Positions 28,195-37,858 of a stretch of DNA of 64,000 nt are shown here, one piece after another. The notes under the pieces are model-generated. The model was not told where the DNA came from. It saw only the letters and a list, made by a program, of their open reading frames with translations, and did not search any database. The DNA is taken from positions 96,001 through 160,000 of the forward strand of contig JBFXJJ010000002.1 in NCBI GenBank assembly GCA_050175015.1, read 5' to 3'. A program made the position numbers and the translations under genes. Numbering within the stretch: the first letter of the stretch is position 1; each line of letters opens with the position of its first letter. This DNA is from Alphaproteobacteria bacterium (GTDB lineage Bacteria > Pseudomonadota > Alphaproteobacteria > JBFXJJ01).

Positions 28195-29049
28195 TTAAGT
28201 ATCACTAGTAGTTGTACTGTCATCTGTAGTGTCTGTGGTAGTAGTCGTACTATCATCTGTGGTAGTCGTACTATCGTCTGTGGTAGTCGTACTATCATCT
28301 GTGGTAGTAGTTGTACTATCATCTGTTGTGGTGGTAGTCGTACTATCATCTGTTGTCGTGGTATCTTCGGTATCATCGTCAAACACAATCGGCTCATATT
28401 CTCTAACGGCAATAATATTATCCATATGAATAATCACATCACCTAATGCCATATAGACACCGTCATCTTCGTTAGCAACTGCCGTTGCTTTGCCATATAC
28501 TGTGGTGTAAACATCAAGAGTTCCATCTTCACCCATAGCAGTAACAGTTAAAGAATAACCGCCATCATCTAACTTATTGCCATCATCATCGTAGCCGTCC
28601 CATTCAACAGTATGAGTGCCAGCACTTTTTTCGCCTGTAAACGCTTTAATAATGTTGCCGTCGGCATCAGAAAGAGCAACAACACAACTCGTAGCCTCTT
28701 CGTCCAATGTATAGGTAAATTTGGCAGCTCCATCTTGTAATGGAACGTAATTTGATAATGCTTGAATTGTATTACCAATATAATTAACAGCCATCGTACC
28801 AAGACTTGCTTTATCATAACTGAGCATCGATTCTAAATTTTCGTTAATTTGAATACTCTGTTCAACGTTAGCATACTGCACCAACTGGTTAGTAAATTCT
28901 GCGGTATCCATAGGATCAAGAGGATCCTGATTTTGCAACTGCGTAGTTAAAAGATATAAGAAGGTATCCAAATCTTCAGACAAAGCCGCAGAAGATGTTG
29001 CTGATGTTGTCGTACTTGAAGAACTTGTTGTTGAACTAACTGAAGTCAT
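28195..29049 (-). CDS. flgD: Flagellar hook capping protein FlgD with a Thr/Asp repeat tail
   Basis: FLYLLTTQLQNQDPLDPMDTAEFTNQLVQYANVEQ; WDGYDDDG Ig-like motif. Confidence 0.95.
   Translation of the reverse strand: MTSVSSTTSSSSTTTSATSSAALSEDLDTFLYLLTTQLQNQDPLDPMDTAEFTNQLVQYANVEQSIQINENLESMLSYDKASLGTMAVNYIGNTIQALSNYVPLQDGAAKFTYTLDEEATSCVVALSDADGNIIKAFTGEKSAGTHTVEWDGYDDDGNKLDDGGYSLTVTAMGEDGTLDVYTTVYGKATAVANEDDGVYMALGDVIIHMDNIIAVREYEPIVFDDDTEDTTTTDDSTTTTTTDDSTTTTTDDSTTTTDDSTTTTDDSTTTTTDTTDDSTTTSDT
28198..28380 (-). repeat. Variable-length tandem repeat (mostly 21-27-bp units) encoding (T)n-DDS x6
   Basis: Repeated gtagt(c/t)gtact(a/g)tc(a/g)tctgt units at the 3' end of flgD. Confidence 0.9.
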
Positions 29050-29059
29050 AAGCCCTCTC

Positions 29060-30934
29060 CTAAACCTTTATATTAACACCACGACCATTGCCGATTAGCG
29101 AATAGCTGCCGAAATCGGAAGAGTCAAAATTTTGCACAGCATCATCTGCACCTAAATTAGTCATAGAATAACTGCCATTGTTACTGCTTTGATTCTGACC
29201 ACTGGATTGTCCGCCCTTAAAGTTAAAACTTAAACTTCCACTGTCAGTCTTAAAGCCTGCATCATTAAAAGCTTTTTCTAAATTACGAACATCTCTTTGC
29301 AAAATGTCCAAAGTTTCAGGACGACTTGCGGAAATTGTTGCCGACAGTTTGCCATCAGAAGAAATTTCCATTTTAACGTCTATTCGGCCTAATTCTTTTG
29401 GTTTTAACTGAACATTAATATTATCTGCATCTTTTAATGCGGCTTTATTAATGCTTACCTTTATTTGCTCTGTAACTGCACTAGGCATAGACTGTCTAGT
29501 TGTTGCCTGTGTTTTTGATGCTGCGGCGGAACTATTTGCCGAGCTTACCTTTTCACCACGAACAACATCTATACCCTGAATATTGTCATTTGCCTGAGCA
29601 CTCTGCTTGGAAGAATTTCCATCGGTAATATTATTTATATTACTCGATGCGGTTTTCAAAACCTCAGCAAAACTTTCACTTGGAGTTTGAGCAACACCAC
29701 TAGTTGCGCTATTAGCATTTGTCGCTGTCTGATTTTCGGTCATCATATTAGCATTTTCGCTGTTAGAACCAGTTGCTACAGGCTTTACTATTTTGAAGCC
29801 ATCAGAAGAACCAAAGCTTGAAGACTTATCTGTTTCTTGGGTTTTAGTCGTTTCGGCTTTTGCATTTATCTCTTCACCAAAATTAACGACATTTGCCGCT
29901 ACATTTTCTGTTTTAGTGCTACTTTGAGCAGTATAATCTTTGACTTCAACTTTAACCTTAGCTTTAATATCTTCTCCTAAAACTTCAGAAAGAGCCTCTG
30001 CCTGCTTATCTGTAATGGCATCATCTGACATAGAAGCAAGTTCAACCCCAAGATTTTTTCTTTCTGACGTATTTTTATCAGAAACTTCTTTTGTGTTGTT
30101 AGTTGATGCGACATTAGCAACCTGCGAAACGATTGCCGTATCATTTCCAGCTTGACTATTCAATGCTTCAACTTCTTTTGCAAAATCAACAACATTATCA
30201 GCTTTCACAGCTGTTTCTTTGCCTATTTCAGGAGTATCAAAATTTTCAGTTTTGATGCCCTCCATAGAAGAAGCGCTTGCTTCTCCTAAGAGGTCATCAA
30301 AGTTATTTGTTCCATCTTCAAGGTTCTTAAATTGTCCTGATACTTCTTCAGGAGCGGCTAAAGTACTCTGCATCTCAGAAATGAGATTTTCGTCCTCAGC
30401 CATTTGCATAATATTCTCAGCAACATCTTCATTTGAAATGTCTTGAGTTATTACGTCTTTACTGCTTTCTAAGGCGTCATTGTTGTCTGGGGAATCTTTT
30501 CCATCTTCAGTTTTTTTATTTTTGCTTTTTGGTTTAGCTTTGACTTCACAGGTATCAACTTCGTCCTGATCATCATCAACTTTTTTACTTTTTGAGCTAG
30601 TATCTTTTTCTACGGTTTTATTATCTTCTTTTGTAGATTCAGTTTTAACCGTTTCTTTTTCTTTTACTTCAGGCTTTTCCTGATATTTGTCTTTAGTTTT
30701 TGTAACTTCAACCTCAACATCATTACTTCCTGAGAAATCCTGTGCAACAACATTAGAATCTAAAGTCTGAGTTAGAAAATTCATAACAAAAGATCCATTT
30801 GAAGCCTTTGATATTGTGTCTAAAGATGAACTGCTATTCAACAATGTTGAAAAATTGCTGTCTTTATCGTTAGAGACATTGTCAATTTTTTGGGTTTCAA
30901 AGTTACTATTACTTCTAATATCAAATACTTTCAT
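29060..30934 (-). CDS. fliK: Flagellar hook-length control protein FliK
   Basis: Disordered N-terminal region plus INVQLKPKELGRIDVKMEI...RPETLDILQRDVRNLEKAFNDAG; first gene of fliK-flgD-flgE. Confidence 0.92.
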   Translation of the reverse strand: MKVFDIRSNSNFETQKIDNVSNDKDSNFSTLLNSSSSLDTISKASNGSFVMNFLTQTLDSNVVAQDFSGSNDVEVEVTKTKDKYQEKPEVKEKETVKTESTKEDNKTVEKDTSSKSKKVDDDQDEVDTCEVKAKPKSKNKKTEDGKDSPDNNDALESSKDVITQDISNEDVAENIMQMAEDENLISEMQSTLAAPEEVSGQFKNLEDGTNNFDDLLGEASASSMEGIKTENFDTPEIGKETAVKADNVVDFAKEVEALNSQAGNDTAIVSQVANVASTNNTKEVSDKNTSERKNLGVELASMSDDAITDKQAEALSEVLGEDIKAKVKVEVKDYTAQSSTKTENVAANVVNFGEEINAKAETTKTQETDKSSSFGSSDGFKIVKPVATGSNSENANMMTENQTATNANSATSGVAQTPSESFAEVLKTASSNINNITDGNSSKQSAQANDNIQGIDVVRGEKVSSANSSAAASKTQATTRQSMPSAVTEQIKVSINKAALKDADNINVQLKPKELGRIDVKMEISSDGKLSATISASRPETLDILQRDVRNLEKAFNDAGFKTDSGSLSFNFKGGQSSGQNQSSNNGSYSMTNLGADDAVQNFDSSDFGSYSLIGNGRGVNIKV

Positions 30935-30986
30935 AGTTGTTTTGCTCTACTAAATTTTAAGTTTAACCAAAATCAAATTTTATTTA

Positions 30987-31002
30987 TGCAAAACACGTGC
31001 CA
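30987..31002 (-). promoter_or_regulatory. Sigma-54 promoter of the fliK-flgD-flgE operon
   Basis: Minus strand TGGCAC-GTGTT-TTGCA, a perfect consensus about 55 bp upstream of fliK. Confidence 0.85.
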
Positions 31003-31041
31003 ACTTTTTAAAACCCCAGATAACTTCACAAAAAAAACAAA

Positions 31042-31071
31042 ACAGCCAAAAGCAAAAATACTTTTGGCTGT
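31042..31071 (-). terminator. Intrinsic terminator of flaF
   Basis: ACAGCCAAAAG-8 nt-CTTTTGGCTGT followed by T runs on the minus strand. Confidence 0.8.
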
Positions 31072-31106
31072 CTAGATTGTTTAACGTTTAAGGTTTATTT
31101 TTTAAT

Positions 31107-31559
31107 TTAAGCTGTTCCATTAAAAGGCTTACTTGGAGGTGGAGGCGTTTCTTCTCCATCTTCCTGTTTCGGCGCTTCTTCTGTCTCTGCGGACTTGTTT
31201 TCGTAAAGTCCTCTTGCAATATTCATATTGATATTAATAAGAACCTCTAAAGACTGAGGTGTAGGATTAACCATGATATCGACTGTCCGTTTAAAAATAA
31301 AATAGGCAAGATTTGCCACATTTTGCTTAATATTAACGGGCAATGGATTATCTGCATCGTTAATATTACCAGTAAGAATAGCCCACAAACGGCGATTCAT
31401 TGACAGAGCCTCGTCAAGTTCATCTTTTTTCTCTTCCCAATTTTCTTTAATAACATTGAGCAAAGACGCTGTTTTAATAAGAGCTCTGGCCTCAAGCTCG
31501 TTTTGTTTAATTGGAGCTTTTTTTTGAGCTGCGTTATATACGTCGATTGAACTTTTCAT
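31107..31559 (-). CDS. flaF: Flagellar biosynthesis regulator FlaF
   Basis: ELEARALIKTA, EALSMNRRLWAIL, NPLPVNIKQNVANL, LININMNIARGL. Confidence 0.9.
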   Translation of the reverse strand: MKSSIDVYNAAQKKAPIKQNELEARALIKTASLLNVIKENWEEKKDELDEALSMNRRLWAILTGNINDADNPLPVNIKQNVANLAYFIFKRTVDIMVNPTPQSLEVLININMNIARGLYENKSAETEEAPKQEDGEETPPPPSKPFNGTA

Positions 31560-31733
31560 TTTCTTACCATTATTTTTTTACAAGATTGTTTTTCATTTTA
31601 TGCAAGTTTTGATAACATCTCAAGAGTATAGAGATAAAATTATTAAAAAAATAAAAAGGAATTTTATTTTTTTGCCAACTAATGTTATTAAATATAGTAA
31701 TAGTTTTTAAATTTTTATGGAGAAAACAAAAAT

Positions 31734-32174
31734 ATGAACACATCTAAAGATGTTTTGGAATGGAAAGGCGATGTTGTTAAAGACACCATCACCTATAGAT
31801 ATATTGAAACTGCTGCCAATGCCCTAGACCTTGCCATAGCAGAAAACCCTACTCTACTAACAACATACCAAAATTGGCTTACAGAGGTAAAAGATTCCGC
31901 ATCATTGGGATCAATAATCTTTTCTGAATTTTCTCCTGAGAAAGATACTAAAATTACAATATTCTCCTTAACTAAAGCCAATGAATTTCTAACTAAATTT
32001 GAAGCTCCTGAATTTAATTTGCTTTTGTCTTTCTCTTATGATTTTGAAAAAAGAGACATTGTGGCAGCCAGAGTCACCCAATTCAAAGGCAACTATAATA
32101 TGGCTTTAAGCTGGGTAGAAAGTATTCTTGCTCGAATGGAAGAAGCTTTTGAGAAAGTGGAAAACAACTCATAA
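31734..32174 (+). CDS. Hypothetical protein
   Basis: 146-aa ORF with GGAG upstream and normal composition; no motif recognised. Confidence 0.7.
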   Translation: MNTSKDVLEWKGDVVKDTITYRYIETAANALDLAIAENPTLLTTYQNWLTEVKDSASLGSIIFSEFSPEKDTKITIFSLTKANEFLTKFEAPEFNLLLSFSYDFEKRDIVAARVTQFKGNYNMALSWVESILARMEEAFEKVENNS

Positions 32175-32212
32175 TTTAAGCTTTTAAATTAATTAGGCGG
32201 AGATTTTTAATT

Positions 32213-33559
32213 ATGAAAAAATTTTTAACGGTTTTAATATTTTTATCGCTGATACTAATAACTGCGGTTAATGCTGCGGAAAAAAAGAAAAAATATAAAG
32301 ACCTTCCGCCAGGATTTAGAGTAAACGTTGGAGGCTTAACCAGATATGAGCCTTTCGTTTGGATTGAGGAAGAAAAAACTTTTGCTAGTATTAGACTTTT
32401 TGCTGATGGTTTTTTTCCTGAGTTAGTTAGAGAGCTTTTTGATGAAGCCGGCATACATAGTGATATGGTCATATATAAAAGTTTCGGCAGTTTAGAAAAA
32501 CTAGATAAAGCTGCCAAAGATGGACTTTTAGACTTTGTTATGGGTTTATATTTTACTGAAGATTTATATCTCAACTATGAAATCATTTATCCCCCAATAT
32601 ATATCAACCCTATTACGGCCTTTTTTAAATTGGATAAAATAAACACTCTTACTAAATGGTCTGATTTAGACAATTTAAAAGGTGTTGCGAGAAGCGATGA
32701 ATTTTTCAGTTCTACCTATAATGATAAAATCAGGAATGATTCCAACATCACTATGGTAAAAAATTCCTTCGATGCTTTTAATGAAATTCTAACAGGAAAA
32801 GCCGACTACTTTATAACCAGCGCTTATGCTGGACAGGCAGAAGCTTTTAGAATGGGGATTATCGATCTTGTTTCTTTTGTTAGACGGCCTAAATGGAAAG
32901 ATAATATTTTCATTGGCACCGTAAACAATTCTAAAACAGCAAGACGTTTCAAAAAAGACGTTATTGCCGCCCTTGAAAAATTCCGCAAAAAGAATACTGG
33001 CGACAAAATAATGATTAACGCCGTAGCTAAATGGCAAAGAAAATATCCCGATGCTAAATTCACAAAGTTTGTCGATTATAATCCAGAAATTATCGATGGC
33101 CCTTCTGATGAAGAACTGCTTGATAAATATATTCAAGAAAAATACCTAAGCAAAGACGGCTCTTATAATATTCTTACAGAAGAAGGAGCCAAACAAATAA
33201 AACAAGGCAAAACTATTGATGAAATCAATCGTAGTGCCGCCGAAAGATCTAGCAAAGCATCATCAACAGCAGAAGACGACGGTAATGCCGACAACTCATC
33301 TTTAGAAGATGATACGATTAAAAATGACAATAATGAAGACACTAATGAGGAGCAGGCTGGTTCAAAAAACACTGTCCGCTCTGGAGGCCTTAGTGGTCGC
33401 AGCACCAAAACTTCAACAAGCGGCGGTCTTAGCGGTCATAAAAAACAAACAACAGAGCCTTCAAATGACGAACAGAACACCGATGATGCAGAGGAAGAAG
33501 AAACCCCAGCAGAAACAGATGGGGCTGCCGAACCTGTCGCAAGTTATCCTTACAAATAA
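32213..33559 (+). CDS. Periplasmic substrate-binding protein (family 3-like) with an acidic disordered tail
   Basis: Signal peptide; YEPFVW, DGFFPELVRELF, KDGLLDFVMG, EILTGKADYFI pattern; no permease or ATPase genes adjacent. Confidence 0.75.
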   Translation: MKKFLTVLIFLSLILITAVNAAEKKKKYKDLPPGFRVNVGGLTRYEPFVWIEEEKTFASIRLFADGFFPELVRELFDEAGIHSDMVIYKSFGSLEKLDKAAKDGLLDFVMGLYFTEDLYLNYEIIYPPIYINPITAFFKLDKINTLTKWSDLDNLKGVARSDEFFSSTYNDKIRNDSNITMVKNSFDAFNEILTGKADYFITSAYAGQAEAFRMGIIDLVSFVRRPKWKDNIFIGTVNNSKTARRFKKDVIAALEKFRKKNTGDKIMINAVAKWQRKYPDAKFTKFVDYNPEIIDGPSDEELLDKYIQEKYLSKDGSYNILTEEGAKQIKQGKTIDEINRSAAERSSKASSTAEDDGNADNSSLEDDTIKNDNNEDTNEEQAGSKNTVRSGGLSGRSTKTSTSGGLSGHKKQTTEPSNDEQNTDDAEEEETPAETDGAAEPVASYPYK

Positions 33560-33584
33560 TTATTAAACATTCGAAATTTTATCA

Positions 33585-33621
33585 AAAAGCACCTTATATC
33601 CACTTAATATAAGGTGCTTTT
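33585..33621. terminator. Bidirectional intrinsic terminator
   Basis: AAAAGCACCTTATAT-7 nt-ATATAAGGTGCTTTT between convergent genes. Confidence 0.85.
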
Positions 33622-33692
33622 GTTTTTTGCTTCAAAGCAATGTATTATAAATTAAGCAACAAAAAAACAGACTGTCTCAAAAGGTCAAAGAG

Positions 33693-34532
33693 TTACTTAT
33701 ATGCCATTGAGATTACTTCTGAAGCAGAGTATCCTTGGCTTCTAAGTTCTCTTATCGGAAGACTGTGTTTGCTCTTTGATAACTTGGAACCATCTTGATT
33801 CACAATTAATTTATGATGCCAATAATTAGGTGTTGGAAGTTCCAAAACAGCTTGGAGTAACCGATGAATATGAGTTGCCTGAAATAAATCATCACCCCTA
33901 ATTACTAAATTAACACCTTGAAGATAATCATCTATTGTAACCGCAAGGTGATAACTTGCCGCAATATCTTTGCGAACCAAAACAACATCGCCTAAATTTT
34001 CAGGTTTGGCGGCAATTTTGCCTTTTTCTAAATCAAACCAATAGAGTTCTTTTGACTGTTTTGAAATCATATCTAAGGCACGATCCGTATCAAATCTTAA
34101 ACAGTAAGGAATATTGCGCCTTTTTTTATCTTCAATTTCGTCAAGGCTAAGATTTTTGCAAATTTGAGGATAAACAGCATCGTCATTATTACCGATACCA
34201 CTGTCCCATAAAGCTATATCCTTACGAGTGCAAAAACACGGATAAAGCAATTTTTTTGCTTCTAAAACATCAATCGCTTTTTGATAATCATCTAAATGCT
34301 CTGACTGTATTCTAACAGGTTCTTCCCAAGAAATTCCCAGCCACGCTAAGTCTTCGTAAATAGCTTCAACAAATTCCTTACGGCATCTTGTAGAATCAAT
34401 ATCTTCAATTCTAAGGATAAAACGTCCACCCTCTTCTTTAGCTTTACTAAAAGCCGTTAAAGCCGAATAGATATGTCCTAAATGGAGATAACCCGTCGGG
34501 CTTGGTGCAAACCTAGTTACAATATTAGGCAA
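33693..34532 (-). CDS. gluQ: Glutamyl-Q tRNA(Asp) synthetase
   Basis: TRFAPSPTGYLHLGH, LRIEDID, YPCFCTR, KLSKS; short, with no anticodon-binding domain. Confidence 0.9.
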   Translation of the reverse strand: MPNIVTRFAPSPTGYLHLGHIYSALTAFSKAKEEGGRFILRIEDIDSTRCRKEFVEAIYEDLAWLGISWEEPVRIQSEHLDDYQKAIDVLEAKKLLYPCFCTRKDIALWDSGIGNNDDAVYPQICKNLSLDEIEDKKRRNIPYCLRFDTDRALDMISKQSKELYWFDLEKGKIAAKPENLGDVVLVRKDIAASYHLAVTIDDYLQGVNLVIRGDDLFQATHIHRLLQAVLELPTPNYWHHKLIVNQDGSKLSKSKHSLPIRELRSQGYSASEVISMAYK

Positions 34533-34551
34533 AAAAACCTCGTTTAAAGTT

Positions 34552-35172
34552 TTATAAAAGCCCGATTAAAGCAAAGCCACCGATTAAGAGTACTAGAAAA
34601 GCGGTTGCAACTAACCCCATATTCTTCTCGATAACACTTTTAATTGGGCTGCCAAACTTCCATAACAAACCAGCAACTGTAAAGAACCTAATTCCTCGAG
34701 AGACGACCGAAGCCATTAGGAAAACTCCTATATCAAGATTGACAACGCCGCTTGTTATTGTAACGACTTTATATGGAAACGGCGTAATGCCTGACGCCAT
34801 AACAATTAAAGCTCCCCATTCGTGATAAAGAGCTTTAAACCCTTCAAATTTATCCATATAGCCATAAAAATTAAGAAGTTTTATGCCTATTGAATCATAG
34901 AAAAACAATCCGATGCCATAACCGCATAATCCGCCAAGTACGCTGGCTAAGGTACACAAGCCTGCAAGACGCCAAGCTTTCTTTGGCTCGGCTAAAACCA
35001 TTGGCATAAGAAAAGGATCCGCAGGTATTGGAAAGACAAAACTACCAAAGAAAGCAACGCCCATCATAACAAAGACAGCCTTGCTTTTAGCGGATAATTC
35101 CATAGCTGTATGATAAAAGAAACTACTAATTCTTTTCCAAAACAAAAATGGTTTTAACAAAAAATTTTTCAT
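34552..35172 (-). CDS. YqaA/DedA-family membrane protein
   Basis: SFVFPIPAD, TLASVLGG, TPFPYKVVTI, SRGIRF motifs. Confidence 0.88.
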   Translation of the reverse strand: MKNFLLKPFLFWKRISSFFYHTAMELSAKSKAVFVMMGVAFFGSFVFPIPADPFLMPMVLAEPKKAWRLAGLCTLASVLGGLCGYGIGLFFYDSIGIKLLNFYGYMDKFEGFKALYHEWGALIVMASGITPFPYKVVTITSGVVNLDIGVFLMASVVSRGIRFFTVAGLLWKFGSPIKSVIEKNMGLVATAFLVLLIGGFALIGLL

Positions 35173-35305
35173 TACGATTCCAATCAGGAAAAAACTTAAC
35201 TTTTTAGCGTTATTAACTCAATTCGACAAGATGCACCTTGTCGATAATAACTTTTTAAGCTCTAGGTATCATATTTTATTCAAAGCGTCAAAAATATTTA
35301 TGCAA

Positions 35306-36661
35306 TTAAATATCCCGCATTAGGTTAAGCACCATTTCCACACCTAAAGCAACAGCAAAAAGCTTTCTGTCTCCCATAGTCTCACCAACTAGCATTAATC
35401 CCACAGGAACCTCTCCTTGATTATGGCAAGGAAGCGAGATAGCACAGCGGTCTAGCGCATTCCAAACACAAGTATTTCTGAGCAGCAAACGGTTAATCCT
35501 GCGATACTCTACACTGTCAACAACGTCATCTACCCGAGGAGCCGCAATCGGAACCGTCGGCATAATCAAAGCATCAAATTCGAAGGTGTTTTTGTTAGCT
35601 TTTTTAATCAGATTATCTCTTTCTTCTAAAAGATCGATATAATCGTGAGCCGAAAAATGAACTCCTTGCTCAATTCTGACTAAAACTTTAGGATCGTAAC
35701 CTGCCGAATGTTTTGCCATCATATTACGATGAACGGCAAAAGCTTCTGCCGATACTATTCCGCCGCTTTTGTTAAACTCTGTAATTCTTGACAATTCTTC
35801 CATAGGAATTTCTGTAATCACAGCCCCGTTTTTGGACAGATAAGAGATGGTCTTTTCAAAAACAGCGGCAACTTCATCACTTAAATCATCAAGCATTATA
35901 TTCTGTGGTATTGCCAGCCTTAAACCTGCAATCGGAAAAGGCTTAATCGGCTCTTGTTTTTCAGGGCAAAGAATGCTGTCCATAATCATACAACAGCTTG
36001 TACTCGCAGCTATTACCCCAACAGAGTCTAACGTTTTTGAAAGGGGAAACATACCATCGCACGGAATTCTTTTTTTAGTTGGCTTAAAGCCCGTTAAGCC
36101 GCATAAAGCCGCTGGGATTCTTGCCGAACCTCCCGTATCCGAACAGATTGATGCAAAACACATTTGATCAGCTACTGCGACCGCAGCTCCTGATGAAGAA
36201 CCTCCTGGGATTCGACCTGATTTTCTATCATAAGGATTAAGCGGCGTCCCGTAATGGGGGTTAGTGCCAACGCCAGAGAAAGCAAACTCGCTCATATTAG
36301 TACGTCCAACAATAACGGCTCCAGCCTCTCTTAACCTGTTAACAACATAAGAGTTATCATCTGCTGGATTGCAGCCTGTTCTAACCATAGAACCAGCTAA
36401 TGTGTCTTCATCTTTAACATCGAACAAATCTTTGATTGATACAGGAATGCCATCAATCGGCGATAACGTCCTGCCGTGAGCTCTCATCCTGTCACTAACT
36501 TCCGCCGCCGCATTTGCCTGTCTGGAATAATCCCTTAAAAAAACTCTTGAGCCTTCACTAGAAATGTCCATAATTTTATCAAGACATTCCTTGGTTAAAT
36601 CAACGCTCTTAACTTCCTGATTTTTAAGTTTGGCAGATAGTTCAACAAGTGTTTTCATCAT
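35306..36661 (-). CDS. Amidase-signature family protein
   Basis: SIKDLFD, PGGSSSGAAVAV, SDTGGSARIPA (Ser-cisSer-Lys triad); no gatC/gatB neighbours. Confidence 0.9.
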   Translation of the reverse strand: MMKTLVELSAKLKNQEVKSVDLTKECLDKIMDISSEGSRVFLRDYSRQANAAAEVSDRMRAHGRTLSPIDGIPVSIKDLFDVKDEDTLAGSMVRTGCNPADDNSYVVNRLREAGAVIVGRTNMSEFAFSGVGTNPHYGTPLNPYDRKSGRIPGGSSSGAAVAVADQMCFASICSDTGGSARIPAALCGLTGFKPTKKRIPCDGMFPLSKTLDSVGVIAASTSCCMIMDSILCPEKQEPIKPFPIAGLRLAIPQNIMLDDLSDEVAAVFEKTISYLSKNGAVITEIPMEELSRITEFNKSGGIVSAEAFAVHRNMMAKHSAGYDPKVLVRIEQGVHFSAHDYIDLLEERDNLIKKANKNTFEFDALIMPTVPIAAPRVDDVVDSVEYRRINRLLLRNTCVWNALDRCAISLPCHNQGEVPVGLMLVGETMGDRKLFAVALGVEMVLNLMRDI

Positions 36662-37551
36662 TAAATGCCCCTTATATCTAATTTCTGAATTTTAAACGCC
36701 GTTAGTGTATTTTGTAATAACATCGCTATCGTCATTGGGCCAACGCCTCCCGGCACAGGTGTTATCGCAGAAGCCCTAGTTGCGGCTTCATCAAAATCAA
36801 CATCACCGCAAAGACGGTATCCTGAAGGCTTGGAACTGTCTTCTATGCGATTGATTCCAACATCAATCACAACGGCACCAACCTTTATCCAATCCCCCTT
36901 AACAAAAGCGGGCTTTCCTATTGCCGCCACAACGATATCAGCTTCTAAACATTCTTCTTTTAAATTAGCAGTTTTAGAGTGAGCCATTGTAACCGTTGCA
37001 TCAGCATCAAGTAAAAGCTTGGCAACCGGCTTGCCAACGATATTAGACCGACCAATAACTAGAGCCTTTTTTCCTTTTAAATCAGGCATAACGGTTTTTA
37101 TGAGATGCAAACAGCCGTTAGGCGTGCACGGCGGCATTAAACATTTTCCCGTAAATAATTTGCCAACATTATAGGGGTGAAAACAATCAACATCTTTTTC
37201 TGGAGAAACGTTATTTATGACGTTTTCTTCATCGATATGCTTAGGCAGCGGAAGCTGCACTAAAATGCCGTTAACATTATCATCTTGATTTAACTTGGCT
37301 ATCAAAGTCAGCAACTCTTTTTCTGATACTTGCTCTTCAAGATTATAAATCAAAGAATCGAAGCCAACTTCTTTCGCAAATTTCTTTTTATTAGCAACAT
37401 AAACCGAGCTAGCCGCGTCAAGTCCCACTTGAATTACAGCAAGTGATGGTGCTTTTTGATTTTGTTGTTTGATATTTTTTGTTTGTTCTGCGATATCTTG
37501 GCGGATAGTTTCGGCTATTTTTTTGCCATCAATTTTTACTGCCAAACTCAT
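36661..37551 (-). CDS. folD: Methylenetetrahydrofolate dehydrogenase/cyclohydrolase FolD
   Basis: GILVQLPLP, KDVDCFHP, PCTPNG, GRSNIVGKP, TPVPGGVGPMT. Confidence 0.97.
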   Translation of the reverse strand: MSLAVKIDGKKIAETIRQDIAEQTKNIKQQNQKAPSLAVIQVGLDAASSVYVANKKKFAKEVGFDSLIYNLEEQVSEKELLTLIAKLNQDDNVNGILVQLPLPKHIDEENVINNVSPEKDVDCFHPYNVGKLFTGKCLMPPCTPNGCLHLIKTVMPDLKGKKALVIGRSNIVGKPVAKLLLDADATVTMAHSKTANLKEECLEADIVVAAIGKPAFVKGDWIKVGAVVIDVGINRIEDSSKPSGYRLCGDVDFDEAATRASAITPVPGGVGPMTIAMLLQNTLTAFKIQKLDIRGI

Positions 37552-37858
37552 TAAATAAAACCTCTAATTTCTTTTCTAAAAAATCTAAATTTCCTAATAT
37601 TAATATTTTCTTATTTTTAGAAGTTTTGCCAGTAATTATTTCAAAATTTGACTTTGCAAGCCCTATTTTTGAGGATAACAATTCAATTAAAGCTTTGTTA
37701 GCTTTATTATCCTCAGGTGCTTGGGTTACACTTACCTTAAGACAGGTTTCGTTTTCAGGTGTTACAAAGACTCCGTTAAAGCTATTCTGTTTAGCCTTGG
37801 GCGCAAGCTTTATCCTTATTATTAAACCATTTTTAGCTTTTTCATAAAAGCTGTTCAT
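37529..37858 (-). CDS. DUF167 (YggU) family protein
   Basis: KLAPKAKQN, LKVSVTQAPEDNKANKALIELL, GKTSKNK; yggT-DUF167-folD synteny. Confidence 0.88.
   Translation of the reverse strand: MNSFYEKAKNGLIIRIKLAPKAKQNSFNGVFVTPENETCLKVSVTQAPEDNKANKALIELLSSKIGLAKSNFEIITGKTSKNKKILILGNLDFLEKKLEVLFNEFGSKN

Noticed and set aside
28198-28380. Short repeats resembling a CRISPR array
   Set aside because: No unique spacers; the repeats are in-frame coding sequence of flgD.
31595-31620. Possible sigma-54 promoter for flaF (TTGCA on the minus strand)
   Set aside because: No GG at the -24 position.
33693-34532. gltX
   Set aside because: Too short and lacks the anticodon-binding domain; fits GluQ.
35209-35251. 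TCGACAAG/CTTGTCGA hairpin between the amidase and yqaA-like genes
   Set aside because: Real inverted repeat but without a clear U-tract or other evidence of function; probably an ordinary stem-loop.
35306-36661. Amidase as gatA
   Set aside because: No gatC/gatB neighbours, and the sequence looks like the stand-alone amidase subfamily.
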